Positions 52,101-64,000 of a DNA stretch of 64,000 nt are shown piece after piece. The DNA is from Mizuhopecten yessoensis. Taxonomy: Eukaryota. The first letter of the stretch is position 1. Each line of letters starts with the position of its first letter. The notes under the pieces are model-generated. The model saw nothing but the letters and a program-made list of their open reading frames with translations, was not told where the DNA came from and made no database searches. The stretch spans positions 752,107-816,106 of the forward strand of contig NW_018408645.1 in assembly GCF_002113885.1 (NCBI RefSeq), given 5' to 3'. The translations under genes were made by a program, and so were the position numbers.

Positions 52101-55100
52101 CCTAAATCCTTAATGATATTGATATCTGTATAACCTAAATTTGAAATGATATTGATATCTGTATAACCAAAATCCTTAATGATATTGATATCTATATAAC
52201 CTAAATCTTTAATGATATTGATATCTNNNNNNNNNNNNNNNNNNNNNNNNNNNNNNNNNNNNNNNNNNNNNNNNNNNNNNNNNNNNNNNNNNNNNNNNNN
52301 NNNNNNNNNNNNNNNNNNNNNNNNNNNNNNNNNNNNNNNNNNNNNNNNNNNNNNNNNNNNNNNNNNNNNNNNNNNNNNNNNNNNNNNNNNNNNNNNNNNN
52401 NNNNNNNNNNNNNNNNNNNNNTGTATAACCCACATCCTTAATGATATTGATATCTGTATAACCTAAATCCTTAATGATATTGATATCTGTATAACCCACA
52501 TCCTTAATGATATTGATATCTGTATAACCTAAATCCTTAATGATATTGATATCCGTATAACCTAAATTTTAAATGATATTGATATTTGTATAACCCACAT
52601 CCTTAATGATATTGATATCTGTATAACCTAAATCCTTAATGATATTGATATCTGTATAACCTAAATCCTTAATGATATTGATATCTGTATAACCCACATC
52701 CTTAATGTTAATGATATCGATATAACCCACATCCTTAATGATATTGATATCTATATAACCTAAATCTTTAATGATATTGATATCTGTATAACCCACATCC
52801 TTAATGTTAATGATATCGATATAACCCACATCCTTAATGATATTGATATCTGTATAACCTAAATCCTTAATGATATTGATATCTATATAACCTAAATCTT
52901 TAATAATATTGAAATCTGTTTAACCCACATCCTTAATGATATTGATATCTGTATAACCCAAATTTTAAATGATATTGATATCTGTATAACCCAAATTTTA
53001 AATGATATTGATATCTGTATAACCCAAATTTTAAATGATATTGATATCTGTATAACCCAAATTTTAAATGATATTGATATCTGTATAACCCAAATTTTAA
53101 ATGATATTGATATCTGTATAACCCAAATTTTAAATGATATTGATATCTGTATAACCCAAATTTTAAATGATATTGATATCTGTATAACCCAAATTTTAAA
53201 TGATATTGATATCTGTATAACCCAATCCATCAATGTCGATATGATACCGTTTGTTGGCGATTGAATACGGTTAGCTATTATATATATACACTAATCCACG
53301 AAAATAGCGAACATTTCCACACCGCATAAAAATCCACTTTTACTGTTATTAAGCCTGCTATAATCTGATATTGTGTCGAGTCAAAACGGTTTAAACTGAA
53401 CTTTCTGGTTGAGCAAGTTTCAAATCAATTTAAAATCAACAGTGCTAATATCATTGTGTTGTCTGATATTCAAATATTTGGCACTGTTAGAATAGACGTA
53501 TACTTTACTTTCAGAAATAATTATATACATTTATAATGTGAAATACCTATATTTCTGATATCTTTATTTACGCATTGAAGTGATTAATTGTCTTTATGTT
53601 TAAGACACTTCACGACGTTTCAGTCTGAAAGCTATGGAAACTGCTTTACACTCCAAATAAACGAGTCTATAATCGACGAGCCGGGCGTTGACACCGGTAC
53701 GTATAACAAGTTAGTGATCATTCTTACCAGGCATCAGGACTGACACCGGTATGTATAACAAGTAAGTGCTCATTATTACCAGGCATCAGGACTGACATCG
53801 GTATGTATAACAAGTTAGTGATCATTCTTACCAGGCATCAGGACTGACACCGGTATGTATAACACGTTAGTGCTCATTCTAACCAGGCATCAGGACTGAC
53901 ACCGGTATGTATAACAAGTTAGTGATCATTCTTACCAGGAATCAGGACTGACACCGGTATGTATAACAAGTTAGTGCTCATTCTAACCAGGCATCAGGAC
54001 TGACATCGGTATGTATAACAAGTTAGTGCTCATTCTTACCAGGCATCAGGACTGACATCGGTATGTATAACAAGTTAGTGCTCATTCTTACCAGACATCA
54101 GGACTGACACCGGTATGTGTAACAAGTTAATGATCATTCTTACCAGGCATCAGGACTGTCATCGGTATGTATAACAAGTTAGTAATCATTCTTACCAAGC
54201 ATCAGCACTGACACCGGTATGCATAACAAGTTAGTGATCATTCTTACCAGGCATCTTGACTGACACCGGTATGTATAACAAGTTAGTAATCATTCTTACC
54301 AAGCATCAGCACTGACACCGGTATGCATAACAAGTTAGTGATCATTCTTACCAGGCATCATGACTGACACCGGTTTGTATAACAAGTTAGTAATCCTTCT
54401 TACCAAGCATCAGCACTGACACCGGTATGTATAACAAGTTAGTGCTCATTCTTACCAGGCATCAGCACTGACACCGGTTTGTATAACAAGTTAGTGATCA
54501 TTCTTACCAGGCATCAGTACTGACACCGGTATGTACAACAAGTTAGTGATCATTCTTACCAGGCATCAGTACTAACCTCGGTATGTATAACAAGTTAGTG
54601 ATCATTCTTACCAGGCATCAGGACTTACACCGGTATGTATAACAAGATAGTGATCATTCTTACCAGGCATCAGTACTAACCTCGGTATGTATGACAAGTT
54701 AGTGATCATTCTTACCAGGCATCAGGACTGACACCGGTATGTATAACAAGTTAGTGATCATTCTTACCAGGCATCAGTACTGACACCGGTATGCATAACA
54801 AGTTAGTTATCATTCTTACCAGGCATCAGGACTGACACCGGTCTGTATAACACGTTAGTGATCATTCTTACCAGGCATCAGGACTGACACCGGTATGCAT
54901 AACAAGTTGGTGATCATTCTTACCAGGCATCATGACTGACACCGGTATGTATAATAAGATAGTGATAATTCTTACCAGGCATCAGTACTGACATGTGTTG
55001 ATGCTGTGGTATATTTTGTCCTGGCGTGTTGACGCCCTGGTATACTGACATATGTGTTGATGCTGTGGTATATTTTGTCCTTGCGTGTAGACGCTCTGGT

Positions 55101-58100
55101 ACATTTTGTCCTTGCGTGTTGACGCTGTTATATATTTTGTCCTTGTGTATTGACGCTCCGGTAACTTTTGTCCTTGCGAGTTGACGCTGTTATATATTTT
55201 GTCCTCGCGTGTTGACGCTCTGGTACATTTTGTCTTTGCGTGCTGACGCTCTGCTACATATTGTTCTTGTGTGTTGACGCTCTGGTACCTTTTGTCTTTG
55301 CGTGTTGACGCTGTTATATATTTTGACCTCGCGTGTTGACGCTCTGGTATATTTGGTCCTTGCGTGCTGACGCTCTGGTACATATTGTTCTTGAGCTGAC
55401 GCTCTGGTTTATTTTGTCATTGTGTGTTGACGCTCTGGTATATAATGTTCTTGCGTGTTGACGCTCTGGTATATTTGGCTCTTGCGTTGAGGCTGTGGTA
55501 TTTTTTGTCCATGTGTGTTGAGTCTTTGGTATATTTTTTCCATGTGTGTTGACGCCGTGTTATATTTTGTCCTTGTTTTTTGAGGCTGTGGTACTTTTTG
55601 TCCATGTGTGTTGAGACTTTGGTATATATGTTTTCCATGTGTGTTGACGCTGTGTAATATTTTGTCTCTATGAGTTGAGGCTGCATGACACTTTGATATA
55701 AAAAAGATTATACTGAAGAGTCAACAAAACGGTAATTCAAACTCACGTTTAATAAAACTAGGGCGAAATATCAACAAAGGAAAGATTCATATGAAGACTT
55801 TTTAAAAAAAAGTACAAGGAGAATAAGACCTGGCGTTTCGGAAATGTAAACAACGTTCAAAAGGCCATAACTCCAGGAAAAATAGTTGAATTGCAATACG
55901 TTTTTTTCATGCATATTTACATGCTGCAATCTCACCTTGCCATGTTACAAAACAAATCCAACAAGCAGTAAAGGAGGAGTTGCTCTTATAAGGTTTTCTT
56001 AGCAGAATTTTAAAGTTTCAAGGGCCATAACTCCAGGAAAAATAGTTTGATCGAAATTCCCTTCTTCAAGTATATCTACGTATGATGTACAGGATGTACT
56101 TTCACTGTTACGAAACAGCCAACAAATAGTTAAGAAGGAGTTGCGCTTGTATATAACTCTTTATATGAAAATGTAATAAAAATTAATCAGAAAACCGCAA
56201 ATACATACAACGGCGAAACAAATTATTTGTACTGGTAAGTGCATAACACATAACTTGCTTCCAGAAGTTATGGTTGTCGATTGCGAAAAGAGGTCAACAA
56301 GATCTACTATCAAGCTAGATCTATATTGAACTCGACCTGTTTTATTTGTTGACTCTGCTTCTCGATACTGTTTTACATTGTATCAATATTGACGTATACA
56401 AGTGAATAAAAGACTGAATTATAATACTATGGTGGTGGATTTGTGCCATTTCGTTGTTTGTCTTTTCGCCCTAACAGATGAGACTTGTGGTTTTTTTCAA
56501 ATCTCGTCGTTTTGTCTTTTAGGGACGAAAGGATAAAACGACGAGAGTTAAAGTTTGTTAATTGGGCGAAAGATAAAACAAAGAAATGACGTAAATCAGA
56601 CATCGTATAATACCGATATGTAAGTTTAACTGCTCCAATAGATTTTCCATGTCCGAGTAAAAGAAATATTAAACAAATGACGAAGTAATCATTATTACTG
56701 CATCCAGAGTGACACATTAGAGTCTGTGGTATACCAGACCCATCCTAGGACCTCTAGGATATAGCTAGTAAATCTACGTGATGCATATAAAATACATGTT
56801 GTAACAGCGTTATAGCAAAACAACAGGTTATCCACTGTTTTCTGTTTCTGGTTTTCTTGGGATATATTTGATAGACCATTTCTTTTACTGTGCAGTTGTA
56901 TTACTAGGCATCCATCTTAACGTATTTTTCTACCATATTATTTTTATCTTTTCAAAGTCTCGACACTCGTCGTCTATATGTGTATTTGATATCTGTGTTG
57001 TCCCATTATGACTTCCTAACCGTTCAAACAGATACCTGAGTTTAGATGTCGCCATTGATAAAGCATGCCAATCCTTTCAGGTATGCGTACAATGTAAACA
57101 AACGTGTTAGGGGGGTAAGCTGTCCTGACATCACAAGTGGTTGGTTATAAGGTAGATTTGTGTTGCCTGTTTGGTTATTTAGTTGTTTGTTTCTGTTTTG
57201 TGTCTTTGTCACAAACAATGTGGCCATGTGACGATGGTGTCCGTAGGAAATGAAAGAGTTTAATTCAGTTTTTTACTTTAAAAAAAAAAGTTTTGGGATT
57301 TTACAGGCTATCATGGAAAAGCATTGTTCTAAGTATTGTCGTGGTGAACTATTTTTATTCAACGTGTAACAACCATACTACCTTGCTAGTTTCCAAATCT
57401 TTAAGGCGATAAATGTTGTTTCCCTATTTCCATATACATGATGTGGTGAAACCACGTTTCTGGAAATCAAAGTTCGGATGAACAAGAAAACCGATGGTGA
57501 GTATTGCTTCCAGTATTTACCATTGCTGCCTTTATGTTTCGCCAGGTATGCAGATGATCCTATTCCTGGAGACCCCTGAGTACATACATGGGATCACAGA
57601 CGGAAATGGTGCCCGGGTAGTCATACACGAGCCGGATACTATTCCCCACCCTACGCAAGAGGGCTTCTTTGTACCCGCCGCGTTCGAAACAAGCATCGGA
57701 CTCAAATTGGTGATACTTTATTTTAATTTTTCCGTTGTCAAAGTTAATCTGTTTGTCTTATCACGGTACGATTTAGATGATATACTAGTTGAAGAATAAA
57801 TATATGTTGTTGCCAAAAGTTGTCAATTTCTAACGTTAGAAACGCTAAAATTATAAAACCGCTAAAACATAACGTTTGTAGAATGATTCGGAATATTTTA
57901 GACATTATTGTTTTTCATTCTTTTGACCTACACGAAATGGCAATGTGGTGCAGTGAAATGCTTATTTTGTTTGGCTTTCTACTTCCAATAACAAGATATT
58001 CAAACAGGTGTTTCGTATATCTAGCGAGTTTTTTTCTATTGAGGTAGCAGTATACAGTAGAAATGGTCCGACTCTGATAAACAAGGCACATGTCGAGGAA

Positions 58101-61100
58101 ATGTAAACACAGCGGATTTACCCTACACAGCACATGTATACATGTATATATATTTGAATACTGCATTACATTTACAATACATAAAGAGTACTGAGAAGTG
58201 TATAAACCTCTTTTTTCTATGTTCTATGTTCTATGTACCTCCTGTAAAGCTAGCTTTTCATGTGTAGGCACCCTTTCGGATTATGGCCAAAATTTTATTC
58301 TCGAACCAAAAAAAGCTTCTTTTTTTTTACAAATGTGAAGCTCGCATAGCCCACTTCATCATGCTTATACCAATTTTAGTACAGTTTTATTTTTATATTT
58401 TTTTTACATATCATTATACAGGGGTTAGCAATTTAACAAAAAAAATCACCCATGGCCACAACCCTCTACTGTATACTGCTACCTGACGTCATGTGACCAG
58501 GTAGATAAGTTGGTTTGAGGGTATGTCTGAAGTTCGAAGGACTCGGGTTCGATTCCTGGTCAGTCTCAATTGCATATTATTCGACCTACTATATTTAACG
58601 CCCAACATATTCAATTCCTCTCCTGTTATGTTTGTAATATCATTGTAAAACCACGGCTATTGGCGTGACAATAGACACGCCGGGTAACTCTTGCCTCGTC
58701 CAATACAAGCCAAACTCTTATCAACATCATATCCGGTTGGTAAAACAATGATGATATCAATTGGCTGACAAATAAAAACTCTGGTATTTACACTGCGATG
58801 GAAAGATATTGGAATGAGTACATATTGATCTTGTAATACATGTTTGTTCAAACATATGGCACCAGTCTGTTGTCTTAAACTGAAATTATAGACCGTGTCT
58901 TTGCTCACTGAATAACGATTATTGTGTACTTTCGCATTGAATTGTGCGTTTCATCTCGCGATAGGTCCCCGGGCGACAAATGTCCGTAAAAGATATTTCA
59001 AGGAAGGAAATAATTCTAAATTAGTTTGTCGTTTAAACGGCAAAGAAGCTTCAACCAATAGGATTGATGAAAAGGTGCGTGACCCCGGATTGATGTTAAA
59101 AATGGCCAATTAAAAATGGTGTAAGTTGAAGAATCTTATTTTTATGGAAAATACATTTTAATTACGATAGGTTATGTTCAGGGTTTTTTTAAATTAACTT
59201 TACATGTCTGATTATTCACTGCGGCACTGACCCCAGTTATAAATATTCATTTCTACCGGAAAAAGTTCAAGTTCTGCCCATACAATTTTTCCAGATATTA
59301 TGGATATGCTCATTCAAGTTGACACGCCCTAGCTGTCGCTTGTAGATGGCATAGCTACTGGTGCAGCTTTTAGACGAAGTGAGCGCTAATGGTAAAATCA
59401 ATCATAGTATCATCACATTCACTGCTACAGTGTTTCTTGTGTGTGATAGGTATCACAGAAGTACTCGTTATATTCACAACGAAAAAGGCTATCTAGTTAA
59501 TTACTGTAGCGTTATATTTGTAAATAATGCCTGCCTGAAAGAGAAGAATTGTTGTTTGTGTCCATTGAAAGGTTGGTGTCATGCTCTAAGTAATATTGTA
59601 GCGCCGAGAATGGCGATCTAGTTAATTATTATGATACATGTACTTCTAACCATTGTCTTTAGGTCTTGGAAAGTATGGATTGTTTACAGAATCATATAGC
59701 ACAACTAGTAAAGTGGTTAAGTGTGACGATTCGATGACTCTGTTACCTTCGTTAAACAAATAACCGACAAAGCTTATGTACACAAAAGTGCAGGTATTAA
59801 ACGAAGCATAGTTGTCAAAGAATGGTAAAATGGTGATTTGATCGTCATTTCGTAAATGTATAACAACTAAGTTTACATACGTTTGCATCGTAGTTATTGC
59901 AAATATACGAAATGACGATAAAATCATATCAGACATTGGGAGTCTTGGACGTAGGCAAGCCTGTGTATACGTAATCGTCTTTTTATGGGTACGTTTCTCA
60001 AACGGCTTATATAAGTGTTATACAGCAAAGTAGAGGCTATGGCCGACCCAGACCATATTTCACTGCATCTTTCTCATCGTGTCATATACCGCCGTCTACT
60101 AGATCCGAACCTACATTCTTGTCGCTAACAACTGTTCTGTAAAGTACAAAGAAAAGAAACACATGTGTGAAAAAATGCTGGTAGATGAGAAAAGTCAAAC
60201 AAAGTGAACAGTTCACTGTACCACGTGACAGTTTCGTCCCATCCGGACTCATCAGTGGTGGTGAGGTCAAAAGAATGAAAAAAACCCACATGTCTAGATT
60301 GTTCTGAACCAAATAATAGAATAATACAGCGAAAGGGGAAATAATACTATAAAATCCTTTATAACGATAGAAAATCAGAATGTTAGGTCAATTTGGCATG
60401 AATGTATTAGACAGAAAGCCCCCATTGTCGCGGCCAGTTATGCCATCATGAATATACTAACTGTATGTTGTTTCTGTACAAGAAGTCTGTAATAATAGGT
60501 TATGACAGACGATTTTATTTAAAAGGCTATGGCCAACCACAGGACTGATACTCCACGTACGGTCAATCACCATCTTGCGTGAAATCAAACAGAAAGTAGC
60601 CAAACAGTTTACTGTCCCATATGGCCATTTCGTCCATAATGGACTTGTCAGTGGTACTAAATGACAAAATAATGAAAATCCACGTCTACAGTGTTCTGAA
60701 ACCTCTATAGAAAGATAGCCAGACTAAGCGAGCTCTACTAAACGCCTCTATTACCGCTACAGGTATCGGTGACAAGACTGGGAAAGCCTTTCGGAACCTG
60801 TACCGATCAAGACATTTTTTTCCAGGAACACGGCGTCAAATACACATTCCAGGTATCCATTCTGTATATTTCTCACACATATAACCGTCATAATATGTAC
60901 ATTTTCCAGTCCAACTCTTGTAATACTTTGACGTAATTTAAGGTATGTGTTTAAACATGAAATAAGTATTTATCAATTATTTTCCTACCTTTTCTTACTG
61001 TTTTACGTTAAATAATAAGTGAATACATATTTTATTTACAAATACTTATCAAGAGAAGAACTGATACAAGTATCTAATTTTTAAAGTCAAATACGTGTTT

Positions 61101-63622
61101 ATTAAGCAATACAAGTTTTGTATGTACATAAGATATTAATACTACCTAAACAATCTTTCTTAATAATTTTCACAATAAAACAGTACGAAAACGGGTACTG
61201 TTACTTTATGCAATTTTCCTCGAAGGCTTACCTTTTTTCGTCTTTCTCCATTTAAATGCAGAAGGATATCAAAGATTCATTTATGAAATGTTTATATATT
61301 ACAAGAATGAAGTTAAATGTTTCGTTTTAAGATGCTTATATATCATACGAAATTATGTAAAGTTAGTTATAAAAGGATTAGGTTTTACAAGAGGTGCTGT
61401 AAGGTAAAGTATTAATTTTCAGTTTTGTTCCAAAATTTATGATGTTTGCATTTGTCGATCAGACCTGTCTCTGGATGTGTAAGGCCAGAAAGGTGATCGA
61501 AGTCTGTAACTGTTTGAGTTCGCGGTCATATGATAACCTCCTCAGGACAAAAATCTCTACTGACGTCAAGCTGTGTGAGACCAAAAAAGGTAATTAACCA
61601 TGTCTTACCTACGTCTGTCCGAAATAAGCAGCCATGTGTGTCCTACGTCTGTGCGAAATATGTAACCTTGTCGTTTGGCATACGTATGTCCAAAAAAATC
61701 TAACCGTGTCTGCCCTACGTCTGTCCAAAACAAGTAGACATGTCAAAGATACAAGATACAAGAAACTTTATTTTTGTCTTATATATGTAACAAGAAACAT
61801 TAGCTCTGGAGAGTTATTCTTGCGACAGAAAGAGCTACGTCTGTCCGAAATAAATAGCCATGTCCGTCCTACGTCTACCCAAAATAAGTAGCCATGTCCG
61901 TCCTACGTCTACCCAAAATAAGTAGCCATGTATGTCCTACGTCTGTCCGAATTAAGTAGCCATGTCCGTCCTAAATAGTTAACCGTGTTGTTTTTCCTAT
62001 GTCTGTCCGAAATAAGTACCGTATCTGTCCAAAATAAGTAGTCATGTCCGTCATATGTCTGTCCGAAATAAGTAGCCATGTCTGTCCTACATCTGTATAA
62101 AATAAGTAGCAATGTCTATCCTACGTCTGTCCGAAATAAGAAGCCGGGTCTGTCTGAGATAAGCTAGAAATAAACATGTTATACTAAAATTAACCTAATT
62201 TACATGCACTTGATAATAAACTTGTCACAATGTAAATTAAAGTGTTCATCATATACTACCATTGTAAGTCAATATTCCTCTGATATCTGTTAACTTCTCC
62301 TCATAGTTCCTTAACGAGTCCGTCCTCTGCAGTTTCAGTGCGAAGACCTTCCTTAGCCACCGTCTCCTTAATACACTTCATTAGATAAACTCTAGCAATT
62401 TCATTTTATCAACTATGATGAATTTGCATTTGGTTTAAGTCGAATAACCATAAAGTCTTGTCATATGTTATGAGTCGATGATAGGGTAGAGTGTTGAACA
62501 CACCGTTTAATCTACCATAATGTACTCAAAAATAGTAGCGATACATACAGCAGTAAGTATAGATCATTGCACGGACATACATACATACATGTATTTCTTT
62601 GAACAATTATCAAAAGTACCATCCTCAAAATTACATAACTTTGACATATTTTGACAGATGCCCCGATAGCAATAAGTGATTTTTTGACTTTTGGCGTATA
62701 ATGTGACGTCATAACTATTTTAAGGTGATGTCAAAATAAGCGTTGGTAACAAACCGTGTTAGGATGTCCAATAATGTTACGAGATAAGGATTTGGACTGC
62801 TATATGTCACAAGGACATTGGGGTATTTTCTGGATCTCATAGAAAATGTATCTTATATTATTGTAAATTGGGGTGTTTCTCTCCTTGGTTTTAGTTCGCC
62901 CTTTAAGTTTCATCCCTTCGTCTTTTTCAGAGGCTAGAGGGATAACATTTGGCGTAGCAAAAATATTGCAGTTTATAGTACATTATGCTTTGTATCATTG
63001 TTGCTTCTAGAGAGAAAATGTGCCAGGAAATTCGCCGAAAAGGTCCGGTCAAAAACACTGCAATGTGACTGTCCTCAAGCCTGCAAGTAAGATAGAGAAA
63101 TTTATTCAAAAAAAGGGGAAACAATTTGTCCAAAATTTTCAATTGATAATGCTGGTTAGTATGAAAATGAGACTCTTTCTCGTAGTTACGGGAGAGATGT
63201 TGATGCAGGCAAACATGTATCCTTGCTTAACCCTTGATTCATCGTATGATGTGACTAATGTGGGAACTCCTGTCGAATCGACTTTTCTGTCCGTGTTCTC
63301 TCACTAAGGCACCAAACTGCTGACTCCTTTGCAATACTGGAGTGTTACCATTAATTCCTCCACACATACGTTTTAATTCCTCCACACATACGTTTTAATT
63401 ACTCCACACATACGTTTAATTACTCCACACATACGTTTTAATTACTCCACACCTTAACGTTGTTACTGATGGATCACACCTTAACGTTGTTACTGATGGA
63501 TAACACCTTAACGATGATCAGCCAAAAGATTTACCTGAGATGTTATTTTTGATGTTTTGTTTAGGGAGAACAAATACACCAAGTTTATCAGTACTCACCA
63601 GTACCCATCCAGCGATTACGTT
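37144..63622 (+). CDS. DEG/ENaC (amiloride-sensitive sodium channel / degenerin family) subunit, 3'-incomplete
   Basis: Exons 37144-37398 (assignment inferred from phase 0 and position), 46392-47594, 48003-48139, 49462-49542, 53605-53696, 57546-57709, 60763-60852, 61463-61589, 63011-63086, 63565-63622. Motifs FAERTSMVG, TM1 (LIWTVLLLAAVGAMLFHL), PPAITICNANPIR, MGHQLQSMLLQCSINGRKC, YGNCFT, GARVVIHEPDTIPHP, Cys-rich thumb CDCPQAC. TM2 lies beyond the window. Confidence 0.92.
37530..37875. repeat. 34-bp minisatellite (~10 copies)
   Basis: Unit AAACCATATAAAAGTTTTAGGTTACAAATACGAT. Confidence 0.92.
38660..39065. repeat. GC-rich 81-bp tandem repeat (~5 copies)
   Basis: AGACTGTTTT recurs at 38661, 38742, 38823, 38903 and 38984. 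Confidence 0.92.
39695..40995. repeat. 35-bp minisatellite with a homogenised core
   Basis: Unit ATAGATGTCGTGGTTCCTTATTTCGTATTTAACAT; near-identical copies at ~40296-40720, diverged at both edges. Confidence 0.95.
41760..42760. mobile_element. Old ~1-kb non-autonomous DNA element with ~180-bp degenerate terminal inverted repeats
   Basis: Left CGACTAGTTTCGCGCAAATACAAACATGCTTAA pairs with right TTAAGCAGTTTTGCATTTGCGCGGAACTAGTCG; left ATTATGTTAAATCAATGTTTTTG pairs with right CAAAAACATTGATTTAACGTAAT. Confidence 0.65.
42970..43462. repeat. 11-16-bp CTACAGCTTCCCTAC(T/C) minisatellite
   Basis: About 30 visible copies. Confidence 0.95.
43530..44748. repeat. 40-bp minisatellite (~30 copies)
   Basis: Unit GGGTCTTCCCTACCCTAGCTACAACAGTGTCAATATAGCA. 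Confidence 0.95.
44768..45946. mobile_element. Apparently complete non-autonomous Helentron/HINE-like element with ~157-bp internal tandem repeats
   Basis: TTTTT followed by hairpin AGCTCACTAGGTCCGAAGGACCAATGTGAGCT and a (CGTC)n microsatellite; GGATTTCAA recurs at 44859, 45015, 45173 and 45330; distal end CAGGTGTGCGATACAAGTCCAATGGACCTCTTGTT. Confidence 0.75.
48600..49091 (+). mobile_element. SINE with V-domain-like core and (CAAAA)n tail
   Basis: CATACCAAAGTCTTTAAAAATGGTAG...CCTGCTTAACGCTCAGCA resembles the V-SINE core; 3' end TTAGCTGTTGATAGGACGTTAAAC(AAAAC)n; upstream ATCGTACGAGGCGACTAAA is Meta-domain-like. Confidence 0.7.
50170..53226. repeat. 33-bp minisatellite (>85 copies) spanning an assembly gap
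   Basis: Unit ATATCTGTATAACCTAAATCCTTAATGATATTG; N-run at 52227-52421. Confidence 0.96.
52227..52421. other. Assembly gap (195 N)
   Basis: Run of N inside the minisatellite; a single N also occurs at 45434. Confidence 1.
53689..54992 (+). repeat. 52-bp minisatellite (~25 copies) overlapping a DEG/ENaC exon end and donor
   Basis: Unit GTATGTATAACAAGTTAGTGATCATTCTTACCAGGCATCAGGACTGACACCG; the array starts within exon 53605-53696 (TGACACCG|GTACGT). Confidence 0.95.
54994..55685. repeat. 31-bp minisatellite (~22 copies)
   Basis: Unit GTGTTGACGCTCTGGTATATTTTGTCCTTGC, directly abutting the 52-bp array. Confidence 0.92.
55855..56150. repeat. Two ~160-bp copies (AAGGGCCATAACTCC family), likely a transposon-internal repeat
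   Basis: GGCCATAACTCCAGGAAAAATAGTT at ~55863 and ~56023. Confidence 0.7.
58492..58630 (+). mobile_element. Degenerate tRNA-derived element (SINE head or tRNA-LTR relative)
   Basis: GACCAGGTAGATAAGTTGG, B-box GGTTCGATTCC and CCTGGTC; downstream CGCCCAAC resembles a decayed tRNA-Lys PBS. Confidence 0.4.
61597..62156. repeat. 34-bp minisatellite, interrupted at ~61745-61833
   Basis: Unit CCTACGTCTGTCCGAAATAAGTAGCCATGTCCGT. Confidence 0.85.
63352..63515. repeat. Adjacent 22-bp (x4) and 27-bp (x2.5) tandem repeats
   Basis: AATTCCTCCACACATACGTTTT, then ACACCTTAACGTTGTTACTGATGGAT. Confidence 0.85.
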
Positions 63623-64000
63623 GTAAGTATAATTCTTCTTTTTTTATATATATATCTTGAAACATTCGTTTTACATTTATAGACGGATAGTGGCCGTTTA
63701 TTCCACACAATCAGGATTCTTGTCAATCAAAATGTGTCCAGGTGTTCAAGGATCGGTTTGAATTGAGATTTGCTCTGTACGCGATAATTTTTATTTTCTC
63801 CAAGGATTCTGTTTGCCTTGTTGACTGCGGCATGTTCATGATCCTCCTCGTTAGGGTTAATTTGATGTTCTCTGCCGTCTATTGCCTTGTAGAGGTATAT
63901 ACCACTTTTCATGATACTCCTCTTTCGGGTAAATTTGACGTTCTTTGCTTTCTTCTGCCTGTAAAGATATAGACCTCTTTTCATGATCCTCCTCTTTAGG

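Noticed and set aside
50815-53233. Minus-strand ORFs with DINIIKDLGYT or FKIWVIQISIS repeats
   Set aside because: Artefact of a 33-bp (11-codon) intronic minisatellite, broken by stops, frameshifts and a gap; no unique coding context.
53689-54992. CRISPR-like appearance of regular arrays (also 4287-5360 and 18828-19481)
   Set aside because: No unique spacers, no cas genes, and a eukaryotic intron context.
54982-55686. 133-aa and 89-aa minus-strand ORFs
   Set aside because: Translations of the 31-bp minisatellite.
60853-61462. Possible U12 GT-AG intron (GTATCCATT donor)
   Set aside because: Mismatch to GTATCCTT and no CCTT(A/G)AC branch site near the acceptor.
62921-63010. Alternative acceptor TTTTTCAG at 62930
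   Set aside because: In the required phase it reaches TAG at 63008-63010; the 63010 acceptor gives the conserved Cys-rich exon.

Overview
AT-rich animal genomic DNA, most likely a bivalve mollusc (inferred from the SINE, Helentron-like and TRIM repeat types). All exon chains were assembled by hand with consistent splice phases. Four spliced protein-coding genes: TGS1 (minus strand, 11 coding exons, about 1135 aa, with one U12-type AT-AC intron); ALKBH7 (minus, 4 exons, about 283 aa); CFAP57/WDR65 (plus, 19 coding exons, 1212 aa, head-to-head with ALKBH7); and a DEG/ENaC-family channel (plus, at least 10 exons, running off the window). The channel has a roughly 275-aa Gly/Ser/Thr-rich extracellular insertion that ends at an RTRR furin-type site. 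The non-coding space holds: a miniature LTR retrotransposon whose LTRs are built around a tRNA-like Pol III cassette, plus a solo LTR with a perfect TATG target-site duplication (TSD); fully palindromic CACAG-ended MITEs with 7-8 bp TSDs; Helentron-like elements; CORE- and V-type SINEs; a decayed LINE reverse transcriptase; and many minisatellites. Two minisatellites were amplified across real exon/intron junctions. The one in the channel gene forms about 25 tandem AG-[18 nt in-frame]-GT cassettes, a possible microexon array. No database searches were run; family assignments rest on recognised motifs.
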